Assembly: GCA_010909165.1 (NCBI GenBank)
Contig: MU008169.1
Span: forward strand, 124,001-188,000
From: Anthoceros angustus
Taxonomy: Eukaryota; Plantae; Anthocerotophyta
Length of the DNA: 64,000 nucleotides
Direction: 5' to 3'
Positions within the stretch are counted from its first letter, which is position 1, and each line of letters opens with the position of its first letter. Positions 39,281 to 51,803 of this stretch are shown piece by piece. The notes beneath the pieces are model-generated. The model did not search any database. It was not told the DNA's origin and saw only the letters and a list, made by a program, of their open reading frames with translations. Position numbers and translations under genes: made by a program.

Positions 39281-40880
39281 TCACTTCAGCTTTGGACAGC
39301 TTGGAGAAGAGTCTCCCTTCAGCTTTATACAGAATTTAGGAAGATCGATGACCTGGATTCTAGGAACATCCTCTGCTGCCTTTCTCTCGCTTTCTGTATG
39401 ATTACCCCAAGCTCCTGCAAGAAAATGAAACTGTCAGTGTAAGCACAAGTACACAGTCCTGAAACTTGGGGCGGGAGCATAGGTTTCTACCTAAATACAG
39501 ATTCCACTTGTCTAGATCATGTTCCTTGATAACGTTACGCAAAGTTGCAAGTCGGTCCTCCACAAAACTGCTTTGCCATGGTACAACGACAGTCCAGTAA
39601 TCCAATTTGTCAGGAAAACTAGGAGAGCATCAATCGTGAAACACGAGAAGTCTCCAACTCAGCTGACACATGGAACACAGTGAAAGGAAGAGGAACCGAC
39701 GCGTAAAGCAAATTCGGGAAACAACAGAACCACTCACTGCAATGTCAATCCTTGATGTTCAGGTTGACTTTGGAGCTGCTTCAAAACCTCAACCTTAGGT
39801 CTGAGCATAAGAAGCACCATCTCATGAGCGCGATTTGGAACAGAAACAAGAAGAAGACTAACAAGAGACGCAGAGTAAAGTCGTTACCCGGCTCCCAGTC
39901 CATATATCCTTTCAGTTGGAAACTCCACAGCAGCCAATTCTCTAAGCAAAGCAGCAGCAAACCGAGTCTGGACATGCGGGCATCAACCAGTTTAGCAGGC
40001 AGTAACCGAGCAGGGCAGCCCCTATGAAGGAAGAGTGCAGCCACCTGCTTGGTCGTGACAATGTACAGCTCAGACGTTGAGAACTTCAGGGAGTCTGCAA
40101 TACCAGGATAGAACCTGCCGGGCTTACATGGCATTGCACCATCTTCTGAAAAAAAAGCCGTACGAAGTGCACCCTGTGATCTGAAGAGAAATATGTGTCA
40201 CCTGTTGGCACCAATCCACCCGCTAAAGTCTTCCGCCATCCACTGGTCTCTGACATTTCCAAACAGTTCCACTAACTCCTCCAAATCATTCTCGTTCCAG
40301 TCCTTCATAACGGACGCTTTCAAAATCTCCCATTTTTCCAAGATATCTTCCACTCTTAGCCCTTCTGCCGCCTTCCCAACAAACCCAAATGAGAAGCACT
40401 GGTGGGACATCCGCAAACGATTTCGAATGAAGGAAAGACTAGGCAGTCGCTCTGGATGCACGCATTACTTTCGACCTCCGAATCTGTGGACGTCTCAACT
40501 CCAGCAACAACCTCACAAGCAAGAGGTTCTCATACCCAGTCTCCACCACAGGCCGCACCTGAACATGCGCAAGCACACTTCAGCAGCCTACCACAAACGG
40601 GATCGTCACGCGCGAGTTCTTCAAAATCCACGACTTACAGTTCGTATGTTATCCAACAGCAATGCCTCCAGCTCCTCATCAATGTCTTCGAAGATCTCTG
40701 GCCCCCTTACTTTCGCTGCCTGCAAACGACCCACAGGAAGGGAGCATTGGGAATCCCAATGTGAGCTAGAGCAAAGCCATGCAATGCCATCTAGTACTGG
40801 GCTGAGATGAAACCTTAAGGGCGGACAAAGGAAGATTCCCCGCAGCTGTCACATAGCATTCCATCGAAATCCGCATGCCT
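39281..40880 (-). pseudogene. HAD-superfamily hydrolase, damaged copy or assembly-error-affected gene
   Basis: Exons read DFDGMLCDSCGES.., AAKVRGPEIF, VRPVVETGYENLLLVRLLLE, WIGANRFYPG..YIVTTKQ, FVEDRLATLRNV. An extra T at 40827-40829 puts motif I out of frame and no in-frame ATG precedes DFDG. Confidence 0.6.
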
Positions 40881-41829
40881 GATGCGTCCTGCACCTCCTG
40901 CCTCGCGATCCCTCTTCACAACCAACACCGGGTGCCCAACACGCGGAGCGACTAAAACATTTGTTTTTTAGTGAATTTGAAGACTTTACAGATATACTTT
41001 GCTGGAATTTGGGAATTTGATGTGGAGTAAACCTAGGGCACTAACAACTAGAGTAACCCCGTAGGCCACTAACACCGAAGCCAGGCGTGATATTTATAGC
41101 TGGGAACGTGCAGGAACTAACTGATGTGAAGGATATTTAAGTGTGGAGTCTCAATGAACTTATATTTAGATGTCACTCCTTGAAGGGAAGACGGTAATAA
41201 TATTTGGTTGCGTACCACAATTTGCTCAGTTCATTAAAACCTTTTCTTGTTATGGACTATGTCTTAATTACTTCTTGATAAAACTTACCCTCAGTAGATA
41301 TTGTTTATGGTTACAAGAGGTATTACCTATGGTTCTTGTCTGTGATTACAGGAGGAGTTGCTTATGGTTACTTTTCTACTAATTTTTAATGAGAACTGTT
41401 TTCAAGAGGTGTTGACTATGGTTACTTCAAGGATACAGACATATGCTCATACAATATTCAGTCTCTGCTTGTATGTCAATATGCACAACTCCCAATTCCA
41501 AACCTTGTTCATAAATCTTAAACATCCTCTTTTTCATTTTATTGGGCACAACTTCTCATTCATCTCTTCGACGCAAGTCCTGATTCCAATCATCTTATTC
41601 ACATATAGTCTCCGGAACTTGCTTTTAGAAGGGTTAGGTATAGCTAGATACATGCAAAATCAACCCCATCAAGTTTTTTTATACCGGTGAAAGGAACAAA
41701 TGGCCTACTCATGTAGAAATGGTAGAACTTCTGAATGTTGCAAAATGGGTCCTCCTCCATAATTAGACCAGTCCTCGCATACCAAACGTGAACAAGAATA
41801 GTAACCTAGTCACTATGCCAATGCATGCT

Positions 41830-42370
41830 TTGGATCTCGCTCTGCACTCACCGGTGGTTAAAACCCAATCCTTGCAGGTCCTTTTGGCCTTAGCCGCAAA
41901 GTTGAATTTAGAAATCCATCAAATGGATGTTTGTACTACGTTCTTATATGGAAAAATCAAGGAGGAAATTTATATGCGGCTCCCTGAGGACTACGAAGAT
42001 GCTAATACGGAGCTCATTTGTAAGCTCCTAAAGTGCCTCTATGGCTTAAAACAAAGTGCTCATGTCTAGTATTATAAGTATGATGGTCAGGTCTTAAATT
42101 TATTGGGTTTATTCAAACCCATTCAGATAGCAATGTTCATTATCTTGCTGACGGTTCTGACTTTATCACTTTAGCCTTATATATCGATGACGTTTATAAG
42201 TTTGGCACAAGTATGGCCCTTATCAATCGTGTTAAAGATGCTACAGGCTGAATTTGATATGAAGGATATTGGCATTCTTCGCTAGTGTCTTAGGATTGAA
42301 ATCCTTCGTGATCGTCCCAATAGCCGGATTTTTATGCATCAACAAAAATATGTCCGAAAAAATTTAACCC
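41830..42370 (+). mobile_element. Ty1/copia reverse transcriptase remnant
   Basis: ALAAKLNLEIHQMDVCTTFLYGKIKEEIYMRLPEDY..CKLLKCLYGLKQSA, then stops and frameshifts and a YIDD motif near 42180-42190. Confidence 0.9.
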
Positions 42371-43008
42371 TTTTTAATATGCAATCCGTTCTATTTTGAG
42401 GTCCACGGAGACCGAATATAAGGCTATTACCGAAGTAGGTAAAGAGGTTGAGTGGGAACGTTCGCACTCCCACTCAGAGTGGGGCACTCCCCTAGCACAC
42501 AAAACGTAGCTAGGGTTTATGAGTGTCGTTCCGTCAGAAGACATAATGCGACCGTTCTTGTAATTAATCGTTGTTGTTCATAATGAAGTGAAGTTTTTCT
42601 CTCTCTCCCTTCACGTCCTGTCGCCATTGGAGCAGGGTTGTCGTTGATTTTCGTAAATAAGACAGCGTGCTGGGGTTGTAGAAATGAAGTCAGGACTCAG
42701 CCTCGCTTGCGGTCTCGCATTGGTCACAGCGTGTTGAACTCCCTGCTGGATATAGGAAGTGGGAGACTTCGTGACGACGTGTCTCGTAAGCTCGTGAGGA
42801 ACGCGTGCATGTCTGATAGGGCTTGAAGAGACCCCCACGTCACCGATGTGATCCTTCCCCGGATTGCAGAGCCTGCATAATTCACTTGTTCGGGAGGTTC
42901 GCGTGTCTCGAGCTCTGCTAAGCTGCTGCCTCCGAATCCTCCAGGTGACCTCTCTGCAGGCAGCCCTGTTGGTGGTGGTGCGTAGACGCTAGTATCGTGC
43001 AGGACAAG

Positions 43009-43896
43009 ATGACGGAGATCGTCGACTCTGTGATTCACGACCATAACGATATCAGGACTTTCTATAATGTAAGGAATCGGATGCAGCATGGTTCTCAGCC
43101 TGCCGCGTACGCTTTGATGTTGTTGCGATTCGGTTGAATTCGAGGCTGCAAAAGAGTGATCGGTATGAAGTGGCCGTTTGTCCGTACGCGTACAGGAATT
43201 CCAGCACAACGCAGGGAACGTTAACGAGCAGAAGAAATGGGCGAATCAGTACATGTGGGAAGTGGCCCGTCACTCCGTTGCGGAAGAGATGGTGGTGTAC
43301 CCTGCCTTCGAGAAGTATCTTCCCGACGGCAAGGAAATAGCGGGAAAGGACCGCGCCCAACACCAGATGGTGAAGGAAAACCTTCGGCAACTGGAAAAGA
43401 TGACGGTGGGCGAGCCCAAATTTGACGTGCTCATGCACGAAACGATGAGGGCGTTGGAGGAGCACATCAGGGAGGAAGAGGAGCTCGACTTGCCAAAGCT
43501 GAGGGCGGCCATCCCTCGCGAACAGTCGCACAAGCTATCTAAAAAATTCGAGAGGACCAAAAAGTTCGCGCCGACACGGTACCATCACGTCGCTCTCCAC
43601 ATCTTGCCTCTCAATTTTTTGCTTAAGGATGGCTTTGCTTCTCTGCTCGCACTTTCTTCTGATTTTCCTCTGCAGCTCAGAACACGTTGATTTCGAATTC
43701 TGTCGGTTTGAATTTTCAGCACTAACCAGATGTTACAAATGTTCCTTGCAGCGCTCACCCGCAGGCGCCCAACAAGCCACCCTTTGAAACCATTGCAGGG
43801 TTGATGACTGCTCCTGTGGACAAACTCAGGGACATGTTCAAGAAGTTCCCTAAAGACGAAGAGATCAAGGCTGCTCAGACTCAGAGCACTAATTAG
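43009..43896 (+). CDS. Hemerythrin HHE-domain protein, copy 1 (exons 43009-43068, 43196-43578, 43752-43896)
   Basis: DH..WEVARHSVAEEMVVYPAFEK..DRAQH..EHIREEE..DLPKL..PTRAHPQAPNKPPFETIAGLMTAPVDKLRDMFKKFP; di-iron ligand pattern H, HxxxE, H, HxxxE is intact. Confidence 0.9.
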
Positions 43897-44809
43897 TGTA
43901 TTAAGTTTTATGTGTATATGCCTTTGATGCAAAGGTGTGCCAGATTTTAGTGACGTTGTAATTAAAGCTGTAAATACAAGCTTTCAAGATACGCATCTCC
44001 GTGTGTGGTTCACTTGTTCACTTCCAACTTTGATCAAACAAGTTGAACTCGGAGCATACGTTCATAACCTTGGGCAGTCCTCTCGTAACCAACTACGTAC
44101 CTGACAGTTAATATCCGGACTGCATTGAGAGCACTGAGGAGAAAGTTGTGAACTGCATTGCTAGCAGATGTACCATACTACTTCAGTGAGGAATTTGTCA
44201 AAACAGATTATACCTCGAGCGGGGGGCAACGGCATACAAACCCGCAATGAGTTCACTAGAGATAATCCATTCTACCAGTAGACCACCAATACTCTCGACA
44301 GAGAAGTGCCACTGGCAAGGGAATCTACTGCACGCAGTATTGTTGAAATGGCGGCAGTATTTTCGGAAACGAAACGCCCGAGGTGGCGAGCTGGCCGTTT
44401 TTGTGGGCAATATGGATATGGGAACACAAATAAGTTAGATGATAGATATCCAGAGAGACTGTGAAAGCCTAGCGTTCCTTCGAGAAGAGCGTCAGGACTG
44501 CAGATCGCTTAGTGCGCTGGAGACGCGTCAACAGTGAGCTGATTGGACGCGTTGCGGCTTGCATGCCGCTCTCGTGACATGCTTCAAGATGATTCCAGCC
44601 TGTGAGATATGTAGATCCAAGTTGAAGAGCCAGAGTAATCCTGTCCGAGCTAGACGTGTATAAAGACCGAGCGTGTGCCACCTTGTGCTCACCTCATGTC
44701 TCTCACGCACGCTCTCCATGTTCATCGCCTTCCGCTAGCTGCCCTCAACGCTCCCGTTTCCTGCTGCTTTGCTCGTCGGTTCCGGCCCATTCACGCCAGC
44801 GCCAACAGG

Positions 44810-45585
44810 ATGGCGGACAAGGGCGACGTGGTGGACGCCGTCATCCAGGACCACAAGGAGATCAAAGCGTACTACGAGGTAACCTGCCCAGCTAGAACCA
44901 TCACGGTTGATGCGGATTCCGAAATGTGCAATCCCTGATATACGCCTGTGGCTCCGTCCCGCCTGCAGCAATACAAGGCCCACAAGGGCGACACCACCGA
45001 GGCGACAAAATGGAGCAACCAGTACAGGTGGGAAGTGGCGCGTCACTCCACAGGCGAGGAACTGGTGGTGTACCCTGCGTTCGAGCAGTACCTTCCCGAC
45101 GGCCACGACATGGCCGAGAAGGACCGCGCCCAGCACCTGGAAGTGAAGAACCTGCTGGACGAGATGGAGAGATGCAGCGCAGGGGACGAGCGCATGGATG
45201 TGCTCATGGAGGACAGTATGCGCCTTCTGTCCACTCACATCGACGACGAAGAGCAGCACGACCTGCCCAAGCTCAGGTCTGCTCTGGACCCGAGTGAGGC
45301 GCGCAAACTCGGTCGGGAGTTTGAGATCACCAAGAAGTTCGTTCCCACGCAGTACGTTTCCATCCGCAATTCGTTTCTGTGCGTTTGGAATGTTTCCATC
45401 CGCTACGCGTTTAACTGTTTTAATTGACCGTGCATCTGTCTGCTGGCAGCGCTCACCCCAACGCCCCTGATAAGCCGCCGTTTGAAACCGTGGCTGGACT
45501 GCTCGCTGCTCCGATGGACAAGCTGAAAGATATGTTTAAGAAGTTCCCCAGAGAAGAGGAGCTGAAATCGGCTCAGCCCAATTAG
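44810..45585 (+). CDS. Hemerythrin HHE-domain protein, copy 2 (exons 44810-44878, 44969-45351, 45449-45585)
   Basis: DH..WEVARHSTGEELVVYPAFEQ..DRAQH..THIDDEE..DLPKL..HPNAPDKPPFETVAGLLAAPMDKLKDMFKKFP; same intron positions as copy 1. Confidence 0.9.
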
Positions 45586-46544
45586 ATGACCGTCATAGTT
45601 GGTTGTGAACGCTCGAAGAGCTCCTTGTTAGCCTAGCAGCTCTGTAACTACATGTTTAGAGACTCGCATTGTTTCGATCGCCCTCCCGTATTGCCAACCG
45701 ACTTTTTCGTCGTTTTTCTTCATTCATGTGAACTGCGGTCTTTGTGCCTTCATCGTGAAGGCGTATCGAGTAGCATTTAGGTTTTGCGAGGCTGTACAAA
45801 TTCAGCGTCAGATTCAATCTGTTGCAAATAACCAGTTCCCTGTGCCTCGGCCAATCTTCGCTCTTTGTCCAACACAACCTGTCGGAGCATCCAGTTGCTT
45901 GATCAAGCAAATTTGCAACTTTCTGGCCATTACCCCAGCCTTTTCTGTGCGTTTTCGAGGGAGTGCCCCGAAGTGAGATATCGGATCGGCGAATATTAGA
46001 GTTATGCAGGATCAGGGGGGAACCGTGCTCTACAGGCCGGCATTTCAGGTTCCAAATCTCGCCGTTGTTCACTCCAGTCTTTTCAAGCCTAAAATATGTA
46101 GAGAATCTGAGAAGAGCACGAAACTCCGGCAAAGAGGGTTTTCTTCCATATCCAAGTTCTCCAGCCTCCAAGTCCGTTCACTCCAGCTTTTCCCGCCACC
46201 TGAATGAACAGCAACACCACCGTTCGCCTTAGGTTTCATCTCCTCCCAGGACGTTGCTCCTTCAGCTTCCAGTCTCACGAATTGGCACCACCGCTCGGGC
46301 TAGGTGTGGACCTATTGGAACTTGACTCCAAACCTTTCAAAATCAAAAATTAAAGGAATCGACACAGTTCGTGACCCAAGGATGTAGTCCATGGTGTCTT
46401 GGTGAATGTGGAGAGCGAATATCACAGCCGAGCGTGAACGCGGAGGGGGGCTTGAAAGTCATCGTATGCTCGAAGCTGTGGGGTAACGTACGCTTTCCTA
46501 GTCGACGGAGTACGGCTGTTGTGAGTGTGGGAGCCCGGGGCACG

Positions 46545-49500
46545 ATGAAGAAGAAGGTAGATACCCGTTTCCCAGTTGTGCGTTGCGCAGAGATTACTCC
46601 CCATTCTGCTGTCCATCTACGGTTCAAAGTGGAATTTCCGACAGTCAAGCTTGATGTGTATCTGCATCTTGTCTTGTGCACAGGCTCGGATAAAGAAGAT
46701 CATGGAGGCGAATGAGGAAATTGTAGGGAAGATTGATTTGGAGACTGCCTCCCTTATTTGTAAGTCCACCGAGTCTCTTGCCTTTCTGAATCCTGAAACA
46801 TTTGAGGGAATCTTCAGCTAATTGGCCTCCTCGCTGCAGCTAAGGCTCTGGAACTCTTCTTGCAAAGCCTGTGTAACAAGATGGCCGATATGATCTCGGA
46901 GAGGGGAGTGAAGACTGTGAGTGCGCTTGATTTGTGAGCTGCATTGCCTCTTTCTCCTCTCGTACAGATGCTGCTCTTTTGTGCTCAACAGATGCCTGCT
47001 CTAGTAATACGTGTTCCCCACTCGCAATGCTTTGCTGAACTCTTGTTGTGAATTGCTTTGTGGGCTTTTTGTTTGCAGAAAGAAATGCGTACTGTCCCAC
47101 AGCGAGTTTGACTTCCTAAAGGAAACTGTTTCGCAAGTTCCGGAAGCCAATGTGGAGAACAAGCACCGTGGTGAAAAGAGGTACGTTTTATATCCTGTGA
47201 CCTACCTTTTTTTGTCCCTGCTAATCCAGCGGATTAGGTACACGGCTACCGTATCATACGGTAACCGGTGTATTTTTGGGGAATCGTAAATTATAATTAT
47301 AAAAATAACGTACAAGTACACTGTAGAAAAAAATGCTCTATATATTCAAGAATAATTATTAGAATGAGTACTAATAATAATTATATATCTTGTAGAAGTA
47401 TGGACATATAGATCATTGAGGTAGAAAGATCAAACTTTCAAAGAATTATTCCCGATAACTTGAGAAGAGTCTATGGTAGAAACCATAAATAGTTACGGTG
47501 AGATTGAAGAGTGAATGTGAGAAAGAAAAAGCATTACAAGGATAAGTAGTTACACTAAGGTTTCAGAGTGGCTTAGGGAACGAAGAGCATTAGAGGGGAG
47601 ACCATTGGTGGCGGGTGTCAACCAAGGGTACAAAGACTGGAGACCCAAACACACTCATTTGTAGAGCAACTAGGATGCTTGCACCATGCCACAAATACTT
47701 CTAACAATACGTGAGACCACCAAAGTTATTCTAACAATGCGTGAGATAAACAAAGTTATGCCGAATCAAAGTTATGCTGAATCTGGATAGGCTTAAGAAA
47801 CCTTAGTGAGAAATATACAATGTTTGTGAAAGTTAATATGAATCTCAATATGTTTAAGAAATGTCCAATGTTTTGTGGAATTTAGACATATTGTAGTGTA
47901 ATAATTAAATAATAAAAACGTGGCAAGGGCCAGACATGCAGCCAAGACGAAGATTGTACAAACGAGAAGGCTGTGCCGCTCCTGAATGCTCTCGCCTATG
48001 CCTCGCATCATGTCCTAAGGCTAGCATTCTGGAGAGCGCCCGTGCCGTCTTCCAGAACCCACCAACTTGTACACAAGCGGAGCACCCGGCCCATTTCCAT
48101 TTGTGTCATCCGGCTCCCTGCGACGTTTTTTGGAACCATGTCGAATCCTTCTACTATGGGAGGTTGCACATGCATCTTGAGAGTTTTCCAGCGAGCTTAT
48201 CTAGCTTGATTATCGACTTGTGACGTGACCAATGTAGCCTGGGCCCTCTTGATCATGATGACACCATACGGGCGTGAGTGTTAGAAGGTCATCCGAACTA
48301 ATTCAATTTCAAAGAAAATTTCTTGCTCATCAAGTCTTGGTTCAGCTTAGATGGCTCGTGTATGCCGGAGCGTTCTAGGATCCTTTTTCTATTTCCCCTT
48401 TGGGATCTACAGCCACCCTCGTCCCCAAATGATTTGCTCCTTCGTGAATCTGACAAAATGAATTTGAAAAATAAATATTGCAACAAATGTCGGAAGCATT
48501 GTTGGAGACGTTCTTTTATCTATATAACACTCATGCGCGGATGAGTTTTTAATACTTATGATTGGATAGGCTTGACATTTAAAAGGTAGACTATTATATG
48601 TTTGCTGTTCTTGGAAATGATTTTTGTTGAACGAGACTTCAAGAAGGCCTATGTGTACAAAATATGGAGGAGCAAACTATTACAGGGTGACAAAGCTTTT
48701 CACATCGACAAGACACATTGGAACAAAGTTTCCAAAATTCAGCACTGTTGACACGGAACCTACAAACACAACACTGACAATTCATGACAAAATTCCGATG
48801 CAGAGACTACAAGCTGCGCGTAGTAACTCAAAGGAAACACAAAGAACGAGCTCTTCGAATTTGTAAACAATGTTCCATAAGAGAGATTGAAGATGAATGC
48901 CATTTCATCTTCACATGCTCGGCATTCCACAACCGTAGAACGAAACTCCCTCCAAATCTCTTATAAGGCCAGTCAAAAACCAATGCAAAAAGCACCCAAA
49001 AGCTTTGTAGCCTACTTACAAGCCACAGAGGGAAGAAAAACTAAGAGCCAACTTGGACAACAACAAGATTCAATCTCACAAAATACACCAACTTACACAC
49101 TATATATCATCAAAAACCCCATGGGTCAAACCCCGCCATCACGGGATGAGTGAGGTTCCCGAAGTGTGAACTGCCAATACATGTAAATAATGACTATGTA
49201 AATCTCTTACTAAAAAATGTATACTATAGATTTTTTTTGTTCATATTTTTTTATATTATTTGTATTGTTATATTTTATTATGATAGTTTTTTCATAATGA
49301 ACTTTAATCGTGGATTTAATTCAGAGTAGCCTCACAGGGCTTTTACAACATGATTTGATAGGTCAACCTAATATGTGTATAAGGGGTAAAATATTAATAA
49401 GTAGTACCCATTCTTATTACCTACCTATATCTGCAGTTGTAGCACAATATGTGATGCATATCAATCCATGCCCGAGTGCATCGTAGCGGCCACAAAGAGG

Positions 49501-49651
49501 GACGAGCTCGGAAGGTCAGCCACTAACTTGTCTGCGGTTTATTGGACAAACCTGTTGGATCGATTTACCTTCAGCTGTATGATTTTATTAGAAGTGTTGT
49601 TGCTTGCTTTCCTGCAGGAGGCTGGACGTGAACGCCATTCAGGAAGGATGA
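46545..49651 (+). CDS. NC2alpha/DRAP1-like histone-fold protein; last exon (49618-49651) inferred after a ~2.4 kb intron
   Basis: MKKKVDTRFPV|ARIKKIMEANEEIVGKI..SKALELFLQSLC..FDFLKETVSQVP. The phase-2 donor at 47180 fits the TGCAG|G acceptor at 49617, giving RRLDVNAIQEG*. Confidence 0.75.
47699..47783. repeat. Short 30 bp-period tandem repeat
   Basis: TTCTAACAATACGTGAGACCACCAAAGTTA / TTCTAACAATGCGTGAGATAAACAAAGTTA, followed by two partial CAAAGTTATGC copies. Confidence 0.75.
48600..49200 (+). mobile_element. LINE 3' remnant (C-terminal Cys/His knuckle), intronic
   Basis: Translation includes RICKQCSIREIEDECHFIFTCSAF (CxxC..EDExHFxxxC), typical of the end of non-LTR ORF2; frames are broken and an AT-rich tail follows. 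Confidence 0.6.
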
Positions 49652-49783
49652 GCTTGAGAGTGCTGTGAATCGTTCAGAAGCGCGCCACTTCTAGATCGTG
49701 CAAGTTCTATGGCTATCTTGTGCATCGAATGTTGTAGGGTTTTCTAAGCAGCAACCGGGAGCGTGGTGGAAACCGACGGCAAG

Positions 49784-51803
49784 ATGGCTAGTCTCCTCAG
49801 CGAGATGGAGCGCTTTGAGCAGGAACTGAAGGACCTAGGCGCGGATACGTTTAGTGTTCTTGGACAGGAAGGGGTCAGCAAGGCTAGGGCTCCGCTGCCT
49901 CCCCCTCCCCCTCCTCCTTCGCGAACGGGAGCTCCCAATCTGGCTCGCATGCCCGCGGCTGTATTGCCTCCACCGCCTCCTCCACCTCGACCATCGTCTG
50001 CAGTCATCTTCGCAGGCCCTTCTGCCTCCAGCACTGCCCCGTCACCGGCTTCTCCTGCGGCTTCAGGTTTCTTCACACCTCAGGTATGTGGTCATGCTGC
50101 TGTGCTGGAGGGTTTTTGAATGGCTACAGGGCTGGAGATGGCGAATGCTGTGGTGGAGTTCGGTGCTGAGTTGGATTTGGGTTTTTGGTGCAGAGCCCTC
50201 CCCCGGCGTCTCCCGCTGGTAATGGTGCCTTTGGTGCGCAGTCATCTGCATCAGTAAAAGGTCAAAGGCCACCTCCTCCCTCCTCACCACCTTCTGTATC
50301 GCAAGGAATGCGGTCGCTCTCATCACCCAATGTTGCGCCACCTCCTGTTCAGGTTCCTACATCAGCGGGCAATCACATGTCGTGGCTTAGCAATGGAGCG
50401 CAGACATCTGGTTCAGTGTCTAAACCTCCGCCACCCCCTGCTACGGCGCCTCAGTTCTCCTACCTGCCAGCATCCTCTTCCTACGGTCCTACGCGGCCTT
50501 CAGCACCTCCTCCACCTTCGTATTTTCCCGTCCCTTTCCACTTGCAGCAACAGCAGCAGTATCTTCCTGGCCAAAATTATCAGCAGCAGGGTAGTCAGGG
50601 TTCCGGTTCGCAAGGTCCTCCCTACCAGTACCAGTCGATGTATCAGCCACCGCTTTCGGCTCCCGACATCTATACTTTGCCACAGCAGCAGCAGGTGAGA
50701 TAATTTGCCAGTTTGGACAGTATAGTTGGGTACAACACTACATTGTTTGCGATTTGAGGTCGAACACCACGTTGATTTGCGATTTTGAGGTCGGTATGGT
50801 GGATGCTGTCTGACATGCAGGCTCAACAACTATTTCAAAGAGATGCCCAGACTATCACACCTGAAGCTTTGGAAGTTGTGAAAGCAGCTCTTGCAAGTGG
50901 AGATGGAGAGCACAAATCAGAGTCCAAGAAAAGAGCCATACCCAGGAAAGCTGCAGGGCAATCCTGGGAGGACCCAACTCTTTCCGATTGGCCAGAAAGT
51001 GAGGCCCTTTCTTTTCCTCTCTTTCTGTGGCTGTGTTTGGGTCATTGTGTACGAACTTGCAAAAGCTTCGCTATTGAAAACATGCTGCTGATGTTTTTTA
51101 GATTTCCCTTTGCAGATGATCATCGTCTCTTCTGCGGAGATCTGGGGAATGAGGTTAATGATGAGGTTCTAACCAAAGCGTTCACAAAATTTGCGTCCTT
51201 CAATATGGCCAGAGTAAGTTCTCCCCGTCTTACACATTTGGCTGTTGGTAGGTCCTTCTGATGATCTAGTCTGTTCCAGTACATCCAGCATCAGGTGTGT
51301 TCTGTTTGATTTGTTAGAGGTTCCTTATTAGTGGTTCACAGGTTGTTCGAGACAAGCGGACCGGGAAGACAAAAGGCTATGGATTCGTGAGCTTTGCAAA
51401 CCCATCGGACCTTGCATTGGCCCTCAAGGAAATGAATGGTATACCTCAGCTTACGTGACTCAGTGGCCTAGTAGTACTCAGCTTACTTCAGTTCTGTGAC
51501 TCAGTGGCCTAGTAGTACCAAATATATAAATGTAGGTTATTGAGTTGGTTGTTGTGCATGCTGAAGGGAAATATGTTGGAAATCGACCAATAAAGCTGAG
51601 GAAGAGTACGTGGAAAGAAAGGACCGATGTTGATGCGGTTGAAAGACACAAGGTATAATGGGTGGATGTGTGATTGTCTTCTGAATCGAGCTGCATGTTC
51701 CAAATCTGTAGAATCTCATTCATGTGTTTTTGTGGCTTAGGTCAATCATGCTCAAAATGCAAAGCGATCAAAGACGTCAAAGAAGAATGTTCTGCACAGA
51801 TAA
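49784..51803 (+). CDS. RBM42: RNA-binding protein 42 (RBM42), Pro-rich N-terminus plus RRM, 7 exons
   Basis: KRAIPRKAAGQSWEDPTLSDWPE.DHRLFCGDLGNEVNDEVLTKAF..VVRDKRTGKTKGYGFVSF..EMNG|KYVGNRPIKLRKSTWKER. Confidence 0.93.
51445..51518. repeat. Intronic direct duplication in RBM42
   Basis: CTCAGCTTAC..GTGACTCAGTGGCCTAGTAGTAC occurs twice in tandem; the second copy has a 9 nt insertion. Confidence 0.8.
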
